Source: a virus
Taxonomy: Duplodnaviria; Heunggongvirae; Uroviricota; Caudoviricetes
Length of the DNA stretch: 24,710 bases
IMG/VR virus record: IMGVR_UViG_3300044712_000823
Location: 64,001-88,710 of that record
Reading direction: 5' to 3' (one strand)
The position numbers were made by a program, and so were the translations under genes. The notes beneath the pieces were generated by a model, which saw only the letters and a list, made by a program, of their open reading frames with translations, searched no databases and had not been told where the DNA came from. Position 1 is the stretch's first letter, and each line of letters begins with the position of its first letter. Of the stretch, positions 16,735 through 24,710 are shown piece after piece.

Positions 16735-16742
16735 TATTTATA
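16735..16742 (-). promoter_or_regulatory. T4 late promoter TATAAATA
   Basis: Exact consensus overlapping the gp41 stop codon, 19 nt before ATG 16715. Confidence 0.78.
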
Positions 16743-18138
16743 CTTTGAATCCACCGAACTTATTAGACTTTTCTCTGGTACCAAACGTATTGAGTGGCTT
16801 ATCAGTCTTTGGCTTACTACCAACGTCAGCAATGCCGCTTTGTGCTCCTTGCTCCACATCATATAGTTTCATCTTAGCTCTGTCGATACCCAAAACAAAT
16901 CTTTTATGTGCAGTTGGATCAGAATAACGATTCTTCAACTGTTTCACCATAATCTGATTTAGCTTTTCCATTTCTTCAGAAGAAATTAAAGCAAACATTA
17001 AGTCTGCGGTTGCAGGCAAACCAAAAGATTCACTTGTGTCCTCAAGGCCTGGGTCGGATGAAGTATATCCGCTTCTAGTAGTTTGTGTAGCAGAAACAAT
17101 TGGTACTCCGAATTCAACTGCAAGACCTCGCAATTCTTCGGCAATTGCCTTGACGTAGGTGTAGGAGTTGACATTAGCTCCGGCTTTAAGACGAGAACTA
17201 CAGCAAATATTGAGATAGTCAATGAAGATAATGTTAGGAACAAAATTCCTCTTGAGGTTAAGTTCATTCAGTAGTGTCCTAAAATGTGTTGATGATGCCG
17301 TTGCGGTGGGATATTCTTTGATAATAAGTTTACCAACTGTCATATCCTTTACTCTTTTGACCTTCTTGTCAAACACATCTTTTGGTAAGGACGAAAGTTC
17401 GTCCACTGTGACGTTCAGAAGATTTGCGTCAATACGTTCCGCAATTTTCTCCTCAGCCATCTCCATCGTAATGTAGAGTACATTTTTACCTTGTACCAAA
17501 CAAGAAGCAGCCACGTGACACATGAAAAGAGACTTACCAACACCGGTACCAGCAAGGGCGATGTTGAGTGTTTTATTTGGAAGACCACCTTTTGTGATTT
17601 TGTTAAAATACTCCAAGTCAAATTGAATTCTTTCTTCACGTTTGTGGTAGAATTCATATCGATCATCGCTATTTTCTAAATAATCATGTCCAACAGAATT
17701 GTCGAAACTGATGGAAAGTGCATCTGACAAAAGTTTAGGAATCGAACCTTTGTCATTAGTCTTATCTTTTCCATCAAGAATCGAAATACTATTTAACACT
17801 GCATTGTAAATGGCTTTCTCTTGGCAAAACTTTTCTGTTTTATCAACAAGCCACTGTACCTTAGTTTCTTCGGTAAGTGGCTTGTCCATCACTTGCAAAT
17901 ATTCATCACACCTGGAGACTTCTTCATCACTAAGATTTCTTTTATCTTTGATTGAAAGTGTAAGTGCTTCAATTGTGGGTGTTGTGTTATAAGTCTCAAC
18001 GAAATTAAAAACTTCTCTGTAGATAGTTTTTTCGGTTTTATCTGTGAAATATTCTTCTTTAATAAAAGGTAAAACTTTTCTCAAATATTCTTCATTCCGA
18101 ATCAAGTTCTTCAGAATAGTTTGTTCCAGAATCATCAT
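16738..18138 (-). CDS. 41: Replicative DnaB-like helicase gp41
   Basis: Walker A LAGTGVGKS, YITMEMAEE, IIFIDY, SATQTTRSG, SESFGLPATAD and QLKNRY. Confidence 0.97.
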   Translation of the reverse strand: MMILEQTILKNLIRNEEYLRKVLPFIKEEYFTDKTEKTIYREVFNFVETYNTTPTIEALTLSIKDKRNLSDEEVSRCDEYLQVMDKPLTEETKVQWLVDKTEKFCQEKAIYNAVLNSISILDGKDKTNDKGSIPKLLSDALSISFDNSVGHDYLENSDDRYEFYHKREERIQFDLEYFNKITKGGLPNKTLNIALAGTGVGKSLFMCHVAASCLVQGKNVLYITMEMAEEKIAERIDANLLNVTVDELSSLPKDVFDKKVKRVKDMTVGKLIIKEYPTATASSTHFRTLLNELNLKRNFVPNIIFIDYLNICCSSRLKAGANVNSYTYVKAIAEELRGLAVEFGVPIVSATQTTRSGYTSSDPGLEDTSESFGLPATADLMFALISSEEMEKLNQIMVKQLKNRYSDPTAHKRFVLGIDRAKMKLYDVEQGAQSGIADVGSKPKTDKPLNTFGTREKSNKFGGFKV

Positions 18139-18424
18139 TTATATCCTTACCCATGTTTTGGGAAATAATTGCCGTAAGAATGTCGCCGATATGATTTTTG
18201 AACTCAAGGCTTTCATCCAAATTTATACCTTCATACGGCGTTTCAATTACATTATAGACGAACCTCAGATAAACAGAACCATCCGGCTGCTCATCAAAAC
18301 CAACTTTACCATATTGATACAACACATCTTTAAATTTACCTTTCAGTAAACGAATGTGTACTGTTGATCCTTCATCTTTTGGAATGGAATAAGACCAATC
18401 GACTTCTTCCTTCATATCACTCAT
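18092..18424 (-). CDS. Acidic hypothetical protein at the position of T4 gp40
   Basis: Between uvsX and 41, as gene 40 is in T4. SD GAGG before ATG 18424. Homology to gp40 not demonstrated. Confidence 0.7.
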   Translation of the reverse strand: MSDMKEEVDWSYSIPKDEGSTVHIRLLKGKFKDVLYQYGKVGFDEQPDGSVYLRFVYNVIETPYEGINLDESLEFKNHIGDILTAIISQNMGKDINDDSGTNYSEELDSE

Positions 18425-19463
18425 CTGCAATTACCTCTTCTTGGATGATTTCATTTGCTGCAACACGATACTTTTTCTCGACAAACGTTTGGAAACTTTT
18501 CTGTTTCAAAATTGGTAACCAGAAGTCGCCTGTATTAGTGTCTTTTTCTCGGTATTTTTTTTCTTCAACTTCACCTGTCTCAATATCTACTTTCGAATAC
18601 CAACCGTTACTGGGTTTGATAACGTGTCCTGATTCAATTGCAAGGTCCAGTAGACCAGACCATTTACTAATACCACCATCAAAAGATACAGAAATAGGTA
18701 TTTTAGATTTTTCTTTGACATATCTAGATTTTTCCACATTGATAATAAAATTGTAACCGACAATCTCGGTTCCTTCTTTTTCTTGCTGTCTACCTAGAAT
18801 GAAAATGTTATCGGCGGAGTAATAAGAACCTGTACCACCACCTACGATATCTTTGGGGAACATTCCGATTTCTTTATATGTGTGATTCACAACAATCATT
18901 GGAATATCTTTCATAGTCAGATGCGGTGTTACCATTCTGAACAATGATTTGATTTGTTTTGCACGGGACATATCTGCAACAGATTTACCATCAAGTGCAT
19001 CATCAACCTCTTTCTTTGAAGCAAGATTGCCGATAGAATCAATAATGATAATTAATTTATCAGTACGATCAAGCTGGGTCAATTGTTGCATAATATCAAA
19101 CTTCAACTGTTCAATGTCGGTGATAGGAGTGTGCAACACACGATTTGTATCAATACCAAACGAATCGAAATATGATTGTGGTGTACCGAACTCGGAATCA
19201 TAGAACAACAAAGCTGCATCTTGATATTTGTCGAGATAAGATTTAGCCATCAGCAAAGAGAATGCAGTCTTAAAGTGCTTCGATGGTCCTGCCCACATAG
19301 TTAGACCTGGCGTCAAGCCACCATCTAGCTTACCCGAAAGAGCAATATTAACTGCGGGCACCGCAGTCGGAATCATATCCTTGTCGGTAAAGAATTTAGA
19401 TTTGGCAAGGATAGCCGAATCTTTAATGCTAGAATTCTTTTTAATTTTTTCCAAAATACTCAT
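18417..19463 (-). CDS. uvsX: UvsX RecA-like recombinase
   Basis: AGPSKHFKT, FYDSEFG, IIDSIGNLASKKE and GGGTGSYYSAD. SD GGAGA before ATG 19463. Confidence 0.97.
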   Translation of the reverse strand: MSILEKIKKNSSIKDSAILAKSKFFTDKDMIPTAVPAVNIALSGKLDGGLTPGLTMWAGPSKHFKTAFSLLMAKSYLDKYQDAALLFYDSEFGTPQSYFDSFGIDTNRVLHTPITDIEQLKFDIMQQLTQLDRTDKLIIIIDSIGNLASKKEVDDALDGKSVADMSRAKQIKSLFRMVTPHLTMKDIPMIVVNHTYKEIGMFPKDIVGGGTGSYYSADNIFILGRQQEKEGTEIVGYNFIINVEKSRYVKEKSKIPISVSFDGGISKWSGLLDLAIESGHVIKPSNGWYSKVDIETGEVEEKKYREKDTNTGDFWLPILKQKSFQTFVEKKYRVAANEIIQEEVIADE

Positions 19464-19474
19464 AATTTCTCCAT

Positions 19475-22012
19475 TCAATCAAACAGTGATCTTGTTTTTT
19501 CTAATGACCAATCCATACAATCTAAGATTACTCTAATTGGTTCAGTAAAAGTTTTTTCGAACTGCAAGTCATAATCAATAAATTCTTGCAGTTCAAATTC
19601 TTGTGGCAACCTTCCAGGGAAAGAGATAACGTTCTCTTTAAAAGGATTGGGTTTTTTGAGATAAGTGAATTTAATCTTTTCACCTTCTTTAATCAAAGGA
19701 TATTTCTTAGAAAGACCCTTTTCTTCTAGATACTTATTATATAGCAATGCACCCTTCACATGAATTGGTGTACCTTTTTTATAGACTGCTGTTTTATCAC
19801 CATATTCTCGCAGACCATTGATACCACGTGGAAAAGAAATCTCTTCCGGAGGCAACTTCTTAAACTCAGTTCTGAATTTCTCAATGTAATCGTGAATTTC
19901 TTCTTCTGTACCTTTCAACATAATCTGCAAGCTACCTCGCATTTTCTCGCGCACAGGCGCAGGCGTGGAAGACTTAATCATCTCCAAGCCCATGACTTTC
20001 ATATCAGGTTCAGCATATTGAACACCTTCATTGTTATACACATGCATGATATAACGCTTCTTTGCTGTCCAAATACCTTTGTCGGCCAAAGCTTCACGTT
20101 TCATTTGCATCTTTTGTGCATAAGCATGTACATATTCAGCAAGTTCGTTATATGATTTATCGATGTATGGTTGAATCTTGTCCTCACAAACACGGTCCAT
20201 AAATTCAATAACTTTCAGTGCAGGAAGTTTTACAACGCCGTCTACACCATAAACTTTATCAACCAAATTACCAAGACGCAGATAAATCGAATCTGTATCT
20301 GATGCAATCACATAATCTTTATCAATTGTTCCCAAGATTTTGTTCATGTAAACATTCAGCTTATTTTCGATCCAACGAATTGATAGCTGACCAGCAGTAG
20401 TAACACCCAATGCCATTCTAAGATCATAGAATCGGAAATACTGAGAACCCAAAGCACCATAAGCTGAGTTAAGTGAAACCTTTTTAGCTAACTGTAGATT
20501 ATTGTATCTCGCAATACGCTTTTCGATTTCATATTTTTTAGATTCATCCTTCTCGACTTCATATTCCTTCTTGGCTTGAATCATCAACTTTTTAAACTTT
20601 TTACGGTCTTCATACATTTCTTCCATCATCTTCGGCAAGAAACCCTGAAAATCTGTTCTAAAAAATTGACCATTAGGTGTCACAGTTACATCACTCAAAT
20701 TTGAGAGATTAACCGATTTGGTCAACAATTTATCAACACTCACACCATCAGACAAAATTTCACGCATTTCTTCAGTATAGTTTTCCGGCTCAATCAATGT
20801 TTCCGGAGAAATATTATACTGCATCATCAGGTGAGGATACAGAGAGTTCAAGTCAAATGATGCGACCCAACGATGCATACCAACTTGAGGATCTTTAACG
20901 TATGCACCTTCAAAAGCAGCGTCTTTATCTTTGATGATTCTCGGAGGAACAACAATCTTTTGTGCCATCAAATGATTATATGTCAGTGCATCCCACATGC
21001 GAGTTTGTGCAAAAACATCATCATAGTTTGTTTTGGTGTCATACGCAAGAGTTAGACCCAGTTCAAGCAGTTTAAGCTTGTCGTCCATTCGCAAAATAAG
21101 TTCAACGTCTTTGATGTTATATTCAATGAACAATTGAAAGTTTAGGCGATAGAGTTGATGCAAGTTATCGTAATCAGAATAATCGATTTTCTTTTCACCA
21201 ATTTCAACGTTTGCAATGTTATCAAGTCGATAGGACTCTTGCGACTTTCCACCAGGTGCATACCATTTGTAGAGTTCAAGATAATCAAAATCACCGATAC
21301 CAACCAATTCATAGACTTTTTGTTTCCGATTCATCACGAAAACTTCACGCTCACGAATCATATTCCATGGCGATAGTTTCTTGGCTTCATCTTCACCAAG
21401 AATTTTACGAATACGGTTAACGAGGTACGGAGTATCGAAGAACTTTGTGTTCCAGCCAGTCAAAACATCAGGACATTTTTCTTGCCAGAATTTTAAGAAG
21501 AACTTCAGAAGATGATATTCGTCTTTGCATTTTGTGTAACGTTCTTCGCCTTTGACTTCATAATCACCGCAACCCCAAACAAACATGTGACCACCCATCA
21601 TTTTCAATGCGATGGCAGTCACTGGCTCATTGGCTTCATATGGATCGGGGAAACCATTCTCTGATCCGACCTCAATATCAAGTACACCAATAATGATTTT
21701 GTCGATATCCCAGTCAACCATTTCACGATGCTGTTCACCGATAAATGCATACTCAAAACGATTTTGACCATAGATAGTTTTACCCGAGACACCTTCAAAC
21801 TGTCTCAGATATTCTCTTGCTTCTCTGACAGAATCAAACTTATGTGGTTGCAGATACACACCATCAAGTGATGTGAAATTTGTTACTTTGTTTGATGTTT
21901 CGTAGAGTGTCGGTTGATAGGGAATTTTGAGTTTAACCCTACGATTATCTTGTACACCACGATATAGGATGTTATTACCGACACATTGAACGTTAGTATA
22001 GAATAGTGACAT
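19475..22012 (-). CDS. 43: Family B DNA polymerase gp43 with 3'-5' exonuclease
   Basis: LDIEV (ExoI), SFDLNSLYP (A), KKVSLNSAYG (B), ASDTDS (C) and KKRY. Confidence 0.98.
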   Translation of the reverse strand: MSLFYTNVQCVGNNILYRGVQDNRRVKLKIPYQPTLYETSNKVTNFTSLDGVYLQPHKFDSVREAREYLRQFEGVSGKTIYGQNRFEYAFIGEQHREMVDWDIDKIIIGVLDIEVGSENGFPDPYEANEPVTAIALKMMGGHMFVWGCGDYEVKGEERYTKCKDEYHLLKFFLKFWQEKCPDVLTGWNTKFFDTPYLVNRIRKILGEDEAKKLSPWNMIREREVFVMNRKQKVYELVGIGDFDYLELYKWYAPGGKSQESYRLDNIANVEIGEKKIDYSDYDNLHQLYRLNFQLFIEYNIKDVELILRMDDKLKLLELGLTLAYDTKTNYDDVFAQTRMWDALTYNHLMAQKIVVPPRIIKDKDAAFEGAYVKDPQVGMHRWVASFDLNSLYPHLMMQYNISPETLIEPENYTEEMREILSDGVSVDKLLTKSVNLSNLSDVTVTPNGQFFRTDFQGFLPKMMEEMYEDRKKFKKLMIQAKKEYEVEKDESKKYEIEKRIARYNNLQLAKKVSLNSAYGALGSQYFRFYDLRMALGVTTAGQLSIRWIENKLNVYMNKILGTIDKDYVIASDTDSIYLRLGNLVDKVYGVDGVVKLPALKVIEFMDRVCEDKIQPYIDKSYNELAEYVHAYAQKMQMKREALADKGIWTAKKRYIMHVYNNEGVQYAEPDMKVMGLEMIKSSTPAPVREKMRGSLQIMLKGTEEEIHDYIEKFRTEFKKLPPEEISFPRGINGLREYGDKTAVYKKGTPIHVKGALLYNKYLEEKGLSKKYPLIKEGEKIKFTYLKKPNPFKENVISFPGRLPQEFELQEFIDYDLQFEKTFTEPIRVILDCMDWSLEKTRSLFD

Positions 22013-22320
22013 TAACCAGTTATAATTTGTTTAGATGATGGAGTGATGATGCCGCTGAACATTGATTTGTAGTTTGAAACAATATCTTCAACAGGATCAT
22101 ACAAGTATACTACATGTAGAGGCTCAACGAGAATTGATTGATTTTCTTTACCGAAAGATGGGAAAGGAACAAATCCCATGGACGGAGAACTACCTGCTAT
22201 TTGTGGAGGAACTAACCTAATCTGAACTGAATTGGTTAGCTTGTAGCGATTGTCACCAGAGTTTTCTACGTCTGCAATAACCTCTTCGCCTGTAACTAGT
22301 TTTATGCCTTTAATGGCCAT
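22012..22320 (-). CDS. Sm-like small protein typically found upstream of gp43
   Basis: IKLVTGEEVIA start, MGFVPF and C-terminal FSGIITP; position recalled from T4-like cyanophages. Confidence 0.7.
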   Translation of the reverse strand: MAIKGIKLVTGEEVIADVENSGDNRYKLTNSVQIRLVPPQIAGSSPSMGFVPFPSFGKENQSILVEPLHVVYLYDPVEDIVSNYKSMFSGIITPSSKQIITG

Positions 22321-22322
22321 AA

Positions 22323-22892
22323 TTAAATCTCCGTATTAAAAAAGAATGTTTGAAATAAACGACCATTATACTGGTTTTCACCAAAGCCAGGCAAGATTGA
22401 ACGATGGTAATATTCACCTCGGTACATTACCAATCGATTAAAAACGTTCGATACACGAACGATTTCTTCCCATTGCGTTGGATCATTTAATGCTGACGAA
22501 TCATTATTGAGATCCGTTTTAGGATCGTTTCGGTCCAGCATGAAAATGCCGGTATTTTTATGTCGATAGATACCTGTTCCAGCTTCAAGTGGAGCATCAG
22601 GAGTCAGATACAAAACAGCGGCCCACATCGTAGGATCATAATGTATCCAAGTTTTATCGTCCTTTGTGGTATATTGGAATGCAGTATTGTATTCTTCAGG
22701 CCACCAGGTAATTTTCTTGCGGAGAATGTCCTCAAACAGTGTTTTTGCACCAGAATTGAACGGTTCGCTTACTGGTTTTGTTCTTTTTCCTGGATAATTT
22801 CCCACAACATCGAACGGCAAAGAAAGTGCATAAGACCTTACATCCAGTGGGTTTCCATAAAAATTGTCAAATAGTAGGAAAGATGGTAGCAT
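22323..22892 (-). CDS. 2OG-Fe(II) oxygenase (recalled as DUF6445-like)
   Basis: HxD...H triad (WIHYD, YYHRS), AAVLYLTP, NRLVMY and terminal RLFQTFFF. Confidence 0.85.
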   Translation of the reverse strand: MLPSFLLFDNFYGNPLDVRSYALSLPFDVVGNYPGKRTKPVSEPFNSGAKTLFEDILRKKITWWPEEYNTAFQYTTKDDKTWIHYDPTMWAAVLYLTPDAPLEAGTGIYRHKNTGIFMLDRNDPKTDLNNDSSALNDPTQWEEIVRVSNVFNRLVMYRGEYYHRSILPGFGENQYNGRLFQTFFFNTEI

Positions 22893-22906
22893 AAGATATT
22901 CCCATT

Positions 22907-22914
22907 CATAAATA
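22907..22914 (+). promoter_or_regulatory. Late promoter-like CATAAATA
   Basis: 7/8 match to TATAAATA, 61 nt before ATG 22976, in the only divergent intergenic region. Confidence 0.5.
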
Positions 22915-22921
22915 AGTATAT

Positions 22922-22950
22922 ATTATCATGCACAGGCCGTGATATGTCAA
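22922..22950 (-). promoter_or_regulatory. Sigma70-type early promoter
   Basis: TTGACA (22945-22950), 17 nt spacer, GATAAT (22922-22927), with an upstream A/T tract; points into the replication operon. Confidence 0.75.
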
Positions 22951-22975
22951 GTAAAATTTTAAAAAAAGGCTCAAA

Positions 22976-23449
22976 ATGTTCAAAAAGATCGCCGTTTCGG
23001 TGCTTTTTGTCATGGCTACATCTGTGATGGCTCAGACCATCGTGACTGATTCGACTTCCAACAGCACCTCAAATTCTAACACAACGAACTATAGCAAATC
23101 GGATTCTTCCGTCAAATCGACGCCTCCGTCAGCCATAGCTCCGGCGGTTACCACGATCAATAATGATCTATGTGTTGTCGGTGCATCGGGTGCAGTACAA
23201 ACACAAATATTTGGAATGTCGTTCGGTTCTACAACTAGGGATATGAACTGCGAACGAATAAAGTTAGCTAAAAACCTTTTTGATATGGGTATGAAAGTTG
23301 CTGCGGTAGCAACACTATGTCAAGACCGTAGGGTTTTTGATGCTATGATAAATGCGGGAACACCATGTCCGGTTGACGGTAAAATTGGCACCGAAGCCAA
23401 GACATATTGGGAAGAAAACCCAGATAAAATTCCAGCACAAGTCAAATAA
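22976..23449 (+). CDS. Signal-peptide protein with Ser/Thr/Asn-rich N-terminus and four Cys
   Basis: MFKKIAVSVLFVMATSVMA signal peptide; PPSAIAP, SGAVQTQIFGMSFG, CERIKLA, TLCQDRRVFDAM and GTPCP. Confidence 0.85.
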   Translation: MFKKIAVSVLFVMATSVMAQTIVTDSTSNSTSNSNTTNYSKSDSSVKSTPPSAIAPAVTTINNDLCVVGASGAVQTQIFGMSFGSTTRDMNCERIKLAKNLFDMGMKVAAVATLCQDRRVFDAMINAGTPCPVDGKIGTEAKTYWEENPDKIPAQVK

Positions 23450-23454
23450 ACAAA

Positions 23455-24710
23455 ATGAAGAAATTTTTAATAGCATTGTTGCTATTAGCTTCTTCTACTT
23501 TGCATTGTGAAGAAGTAACCCCAAACTTGATGGCAGGTGCTTTCAGCGGCACCACGATAACTAATGTCTGTGGTGGAAACACAGGCGGAACAAAACCTGC
23601 CTATCTCGCAAATACAGGAATTATCTGTTGGGGTTACGTTCAAGCGACTGTAGCACAAACCGTTGCAATCAATGCTGCACTTAGAAACACTGGTGTACAA
23701 GTCAGTGGATACAATTATTCTTGGGATTATTACAACTCAGATTATCATTCTGGTACATTACTTGCTAATGTGAGTTTAACAAATTCAAAAAATGAATATT
23801 TGGAAAGATACTATTACATATTGAACACGGACACCAATATGAAATGGACTACAATTAGTGGTTCGCAAAATTTCAAACAATCTTATCCTATTGAGGCTCT
23901 CGGTGATTTGACAGTTTCATTCACAGGAAAAGATAGTAGATATTGGGCAGGTTGGTATGGGCCAGCAATAAGAAATGTTAATGTTGGATTAAAATATACA
24001 GCAGCACCAATTGATCCTTGTGTGACAGATGTATTGAGTTCGCCTACTTGCCCGGGGTATCAACAAGCTTATTTGACACAACAATGCTCAATAAATTCTC
24101 TATATTCTCCAGAGTGTCCTGGCTATCAACAAGCTTATTTGACACAACAATGCTCAATAAATGAACTTTACGATCAAAAATGTCCAAATTATTCAATAGC
24201 ATATGCGAAAAAATCTGTGTTGGAGCAAAACACAGTAAAACAAGTCGAAACGAAACTTGCACAAACAAATATAGTTACAGAGATAATGCCAGAAGTGAAT
24301 ACAATAACTTCAACGATATCAGTTTCACCAGCTTCACCAATATCTGTTATTAAATCACCCGAAACGTTATCTCAAATACAACCACAACAATTGTTAACCA
24401 CACAACAACCGCAAAAAATACTGGAAGAAAGAAAACCAGAGGGTCAAATGGCTTCGAAATTGGAAAAGAATATTGATAGTTCAAGCAAGAACGATAAGAA
24501 TAAAATGAAAGAGACTGTAACAAAAATACAAAAAGAAATAACAAAAGAGATAAAAGAAGCAAGTTCTATAGAGGCACAGATAGCTTCACAGGGATTAGTT
24601 TTAAGTTCTATGAACTATGTTCCGGAATTTGATGCATATAAAAATGCATTCATTCCAGACACAAATGCACTATTGATGGTGAAACAATATGGAAAGCCGG
24701 TTATCGATAA
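23455..24710 (+). CDS. Large exported protein with Cys-rich repeats, truncated at the right edge
   Basis: Not in the ORF track. Open from ATG 23455 (MKKFLIALLLLASSTLHCEEV) to the end, 418 codons. Aromatic beta-rich domain, then C-x7/8-CPGY repeats, a Pro/Ser/Thr/Gln linker and a charged helical region. Confidence 0.88.
   Translation, partial: MKKFLIALLLLASSTLHCEEVTPNLMAGAFSGTTITNVCGGNTGGTKPAYLANTGIICWGYVQATVAQTVAINAALRNTGVQVSGYNYSWDYYNSDYHSGTLLANVSLTNSKNEYLERYYYILNTDTNMKWTTISGSQNFKQSYPIEALGDLTVSFTGKDSRYWAGWYGPAIRNVNVGLKYTAAPIDPCVTDVLSSPTCPGYQQAYLTQQCSINSLYSPECPGYQQAYLTQQCSINELYDQKCPNYSIAYAKKSVLEQNTVKQVETKLAQTNIVTEIMPEVNTITSTISVSPASPISVIKSPETLSQIQPQQLLTTQQPQKILEERKPEGQMASKLEKNIDSSSKNDKNKMKETVTKIQKEITKEIKEASSIEAQIASQGLVLSSMNYVPEFDAYKNAFIPDTNALLMVKQYGKPVID
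24058..24162 (+). repeat. Two identical 39-nt direct repeats, 66-nt period, in coding sequence
   Basis: TATCAACAAGCTTATTTGACACAACAATGCTCAATAAAT at 24058-24096 and 24124-24162, encoding YQQAYLTQQCSIN. Confidence 0.95.

Noticed and set aside
10823-17666. Same-strand alternative-frame ORFs 10823-11104, 12687-12932, 13645-13848, 16998-17267 and 17415-17666
   Set aside because: Unlike 6289-6639, I saw no strong SD or protein-like organisation, and they lie inside conserved enzyme domains.
18092-18424. Calling this gene 40
   Set aside because: Position matches, but I could not align it convincingly to T4 gp40 by eye.
19475-22012. Intein, intron or split in gp43 (also checked for gp41 and UvsX)
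   Set aside because: Lengths are normal, motifs are contiguous, and no intein signature was seen.
20-22874. Numerous plus-strand ORFs in the track (for example 1022-1339, 3402-3809, 6153-6539, 19760-20155)
   Set aside because: Antisense shadows of well-supported minus-strand genes, with Phe/Ser/Leu-rich mirror composition and no convincing RBS.
24058-24162. CRISPR-like repeat-spacer-repeat (39 nt, 27 nt gap)
   Set aside because: Only two copies, in frame within a CDS, period divisible by 3, not palindromic, and no cas genes.
23485-24562. Minus-strand ORFs 23485-23700, 24044-24268 and 24350-24562
   Set aside because: Antisense to the long plus-strand ORF starting at 23455.
1-24710. tRNA, rRNA, integrase/transposase, reverse transcriptase and rho-independent terminators
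   Set aside because: Intergenic gaps are too short for RNA genes, and no such motifs or clear GC hairpin plus U-tract were found.

Overview
AT-rich fragment of a T4-like (Tevenvirinae/cyanophage-type) myovirus that infects a Gram-negative host, judged from the spanins and GH19 endolysin. Almost everything from 1 to 22892 is on the minus strand. Reading right to left: (i) a sigma70-type promoter driving a 2OG-Fe(II) oxygenase, an Sm-like protein and the replication core gp43 polymerase, UvsX, a gp40-position gene and gp41 helicase; (ii) a perfect T4 late promoter (TATAAATA) in front of a PD-(D/E)xK nuclease and an 8-gene glycosylation island; (iii) a second TATAAATA in front of a block where five proteins begin with a T4 internal-protein-like capsid-targeting motif (MKxF..E), including an RNA-ligase-like KxDG enzyme and a HIGH-nucleotidyltransferase/P-loop kinase fusion, plus two modular proteins that look like prohead-protease-cleaved polyproteins and a nested overlapping gene; (iv) an Ig-domain virion protein and a lysis cassette. 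On the plus strand at the right end is a pair of signal-peptide proteins, the second truncated and missing from the ORF track. The best candidate for an undescribed system is the putative capsid-packaged, co-injected ligase/nucleotidyltransferase/kinase module with its polyprotein cargo. Family names come from motif recognition and recall, not from database searches.
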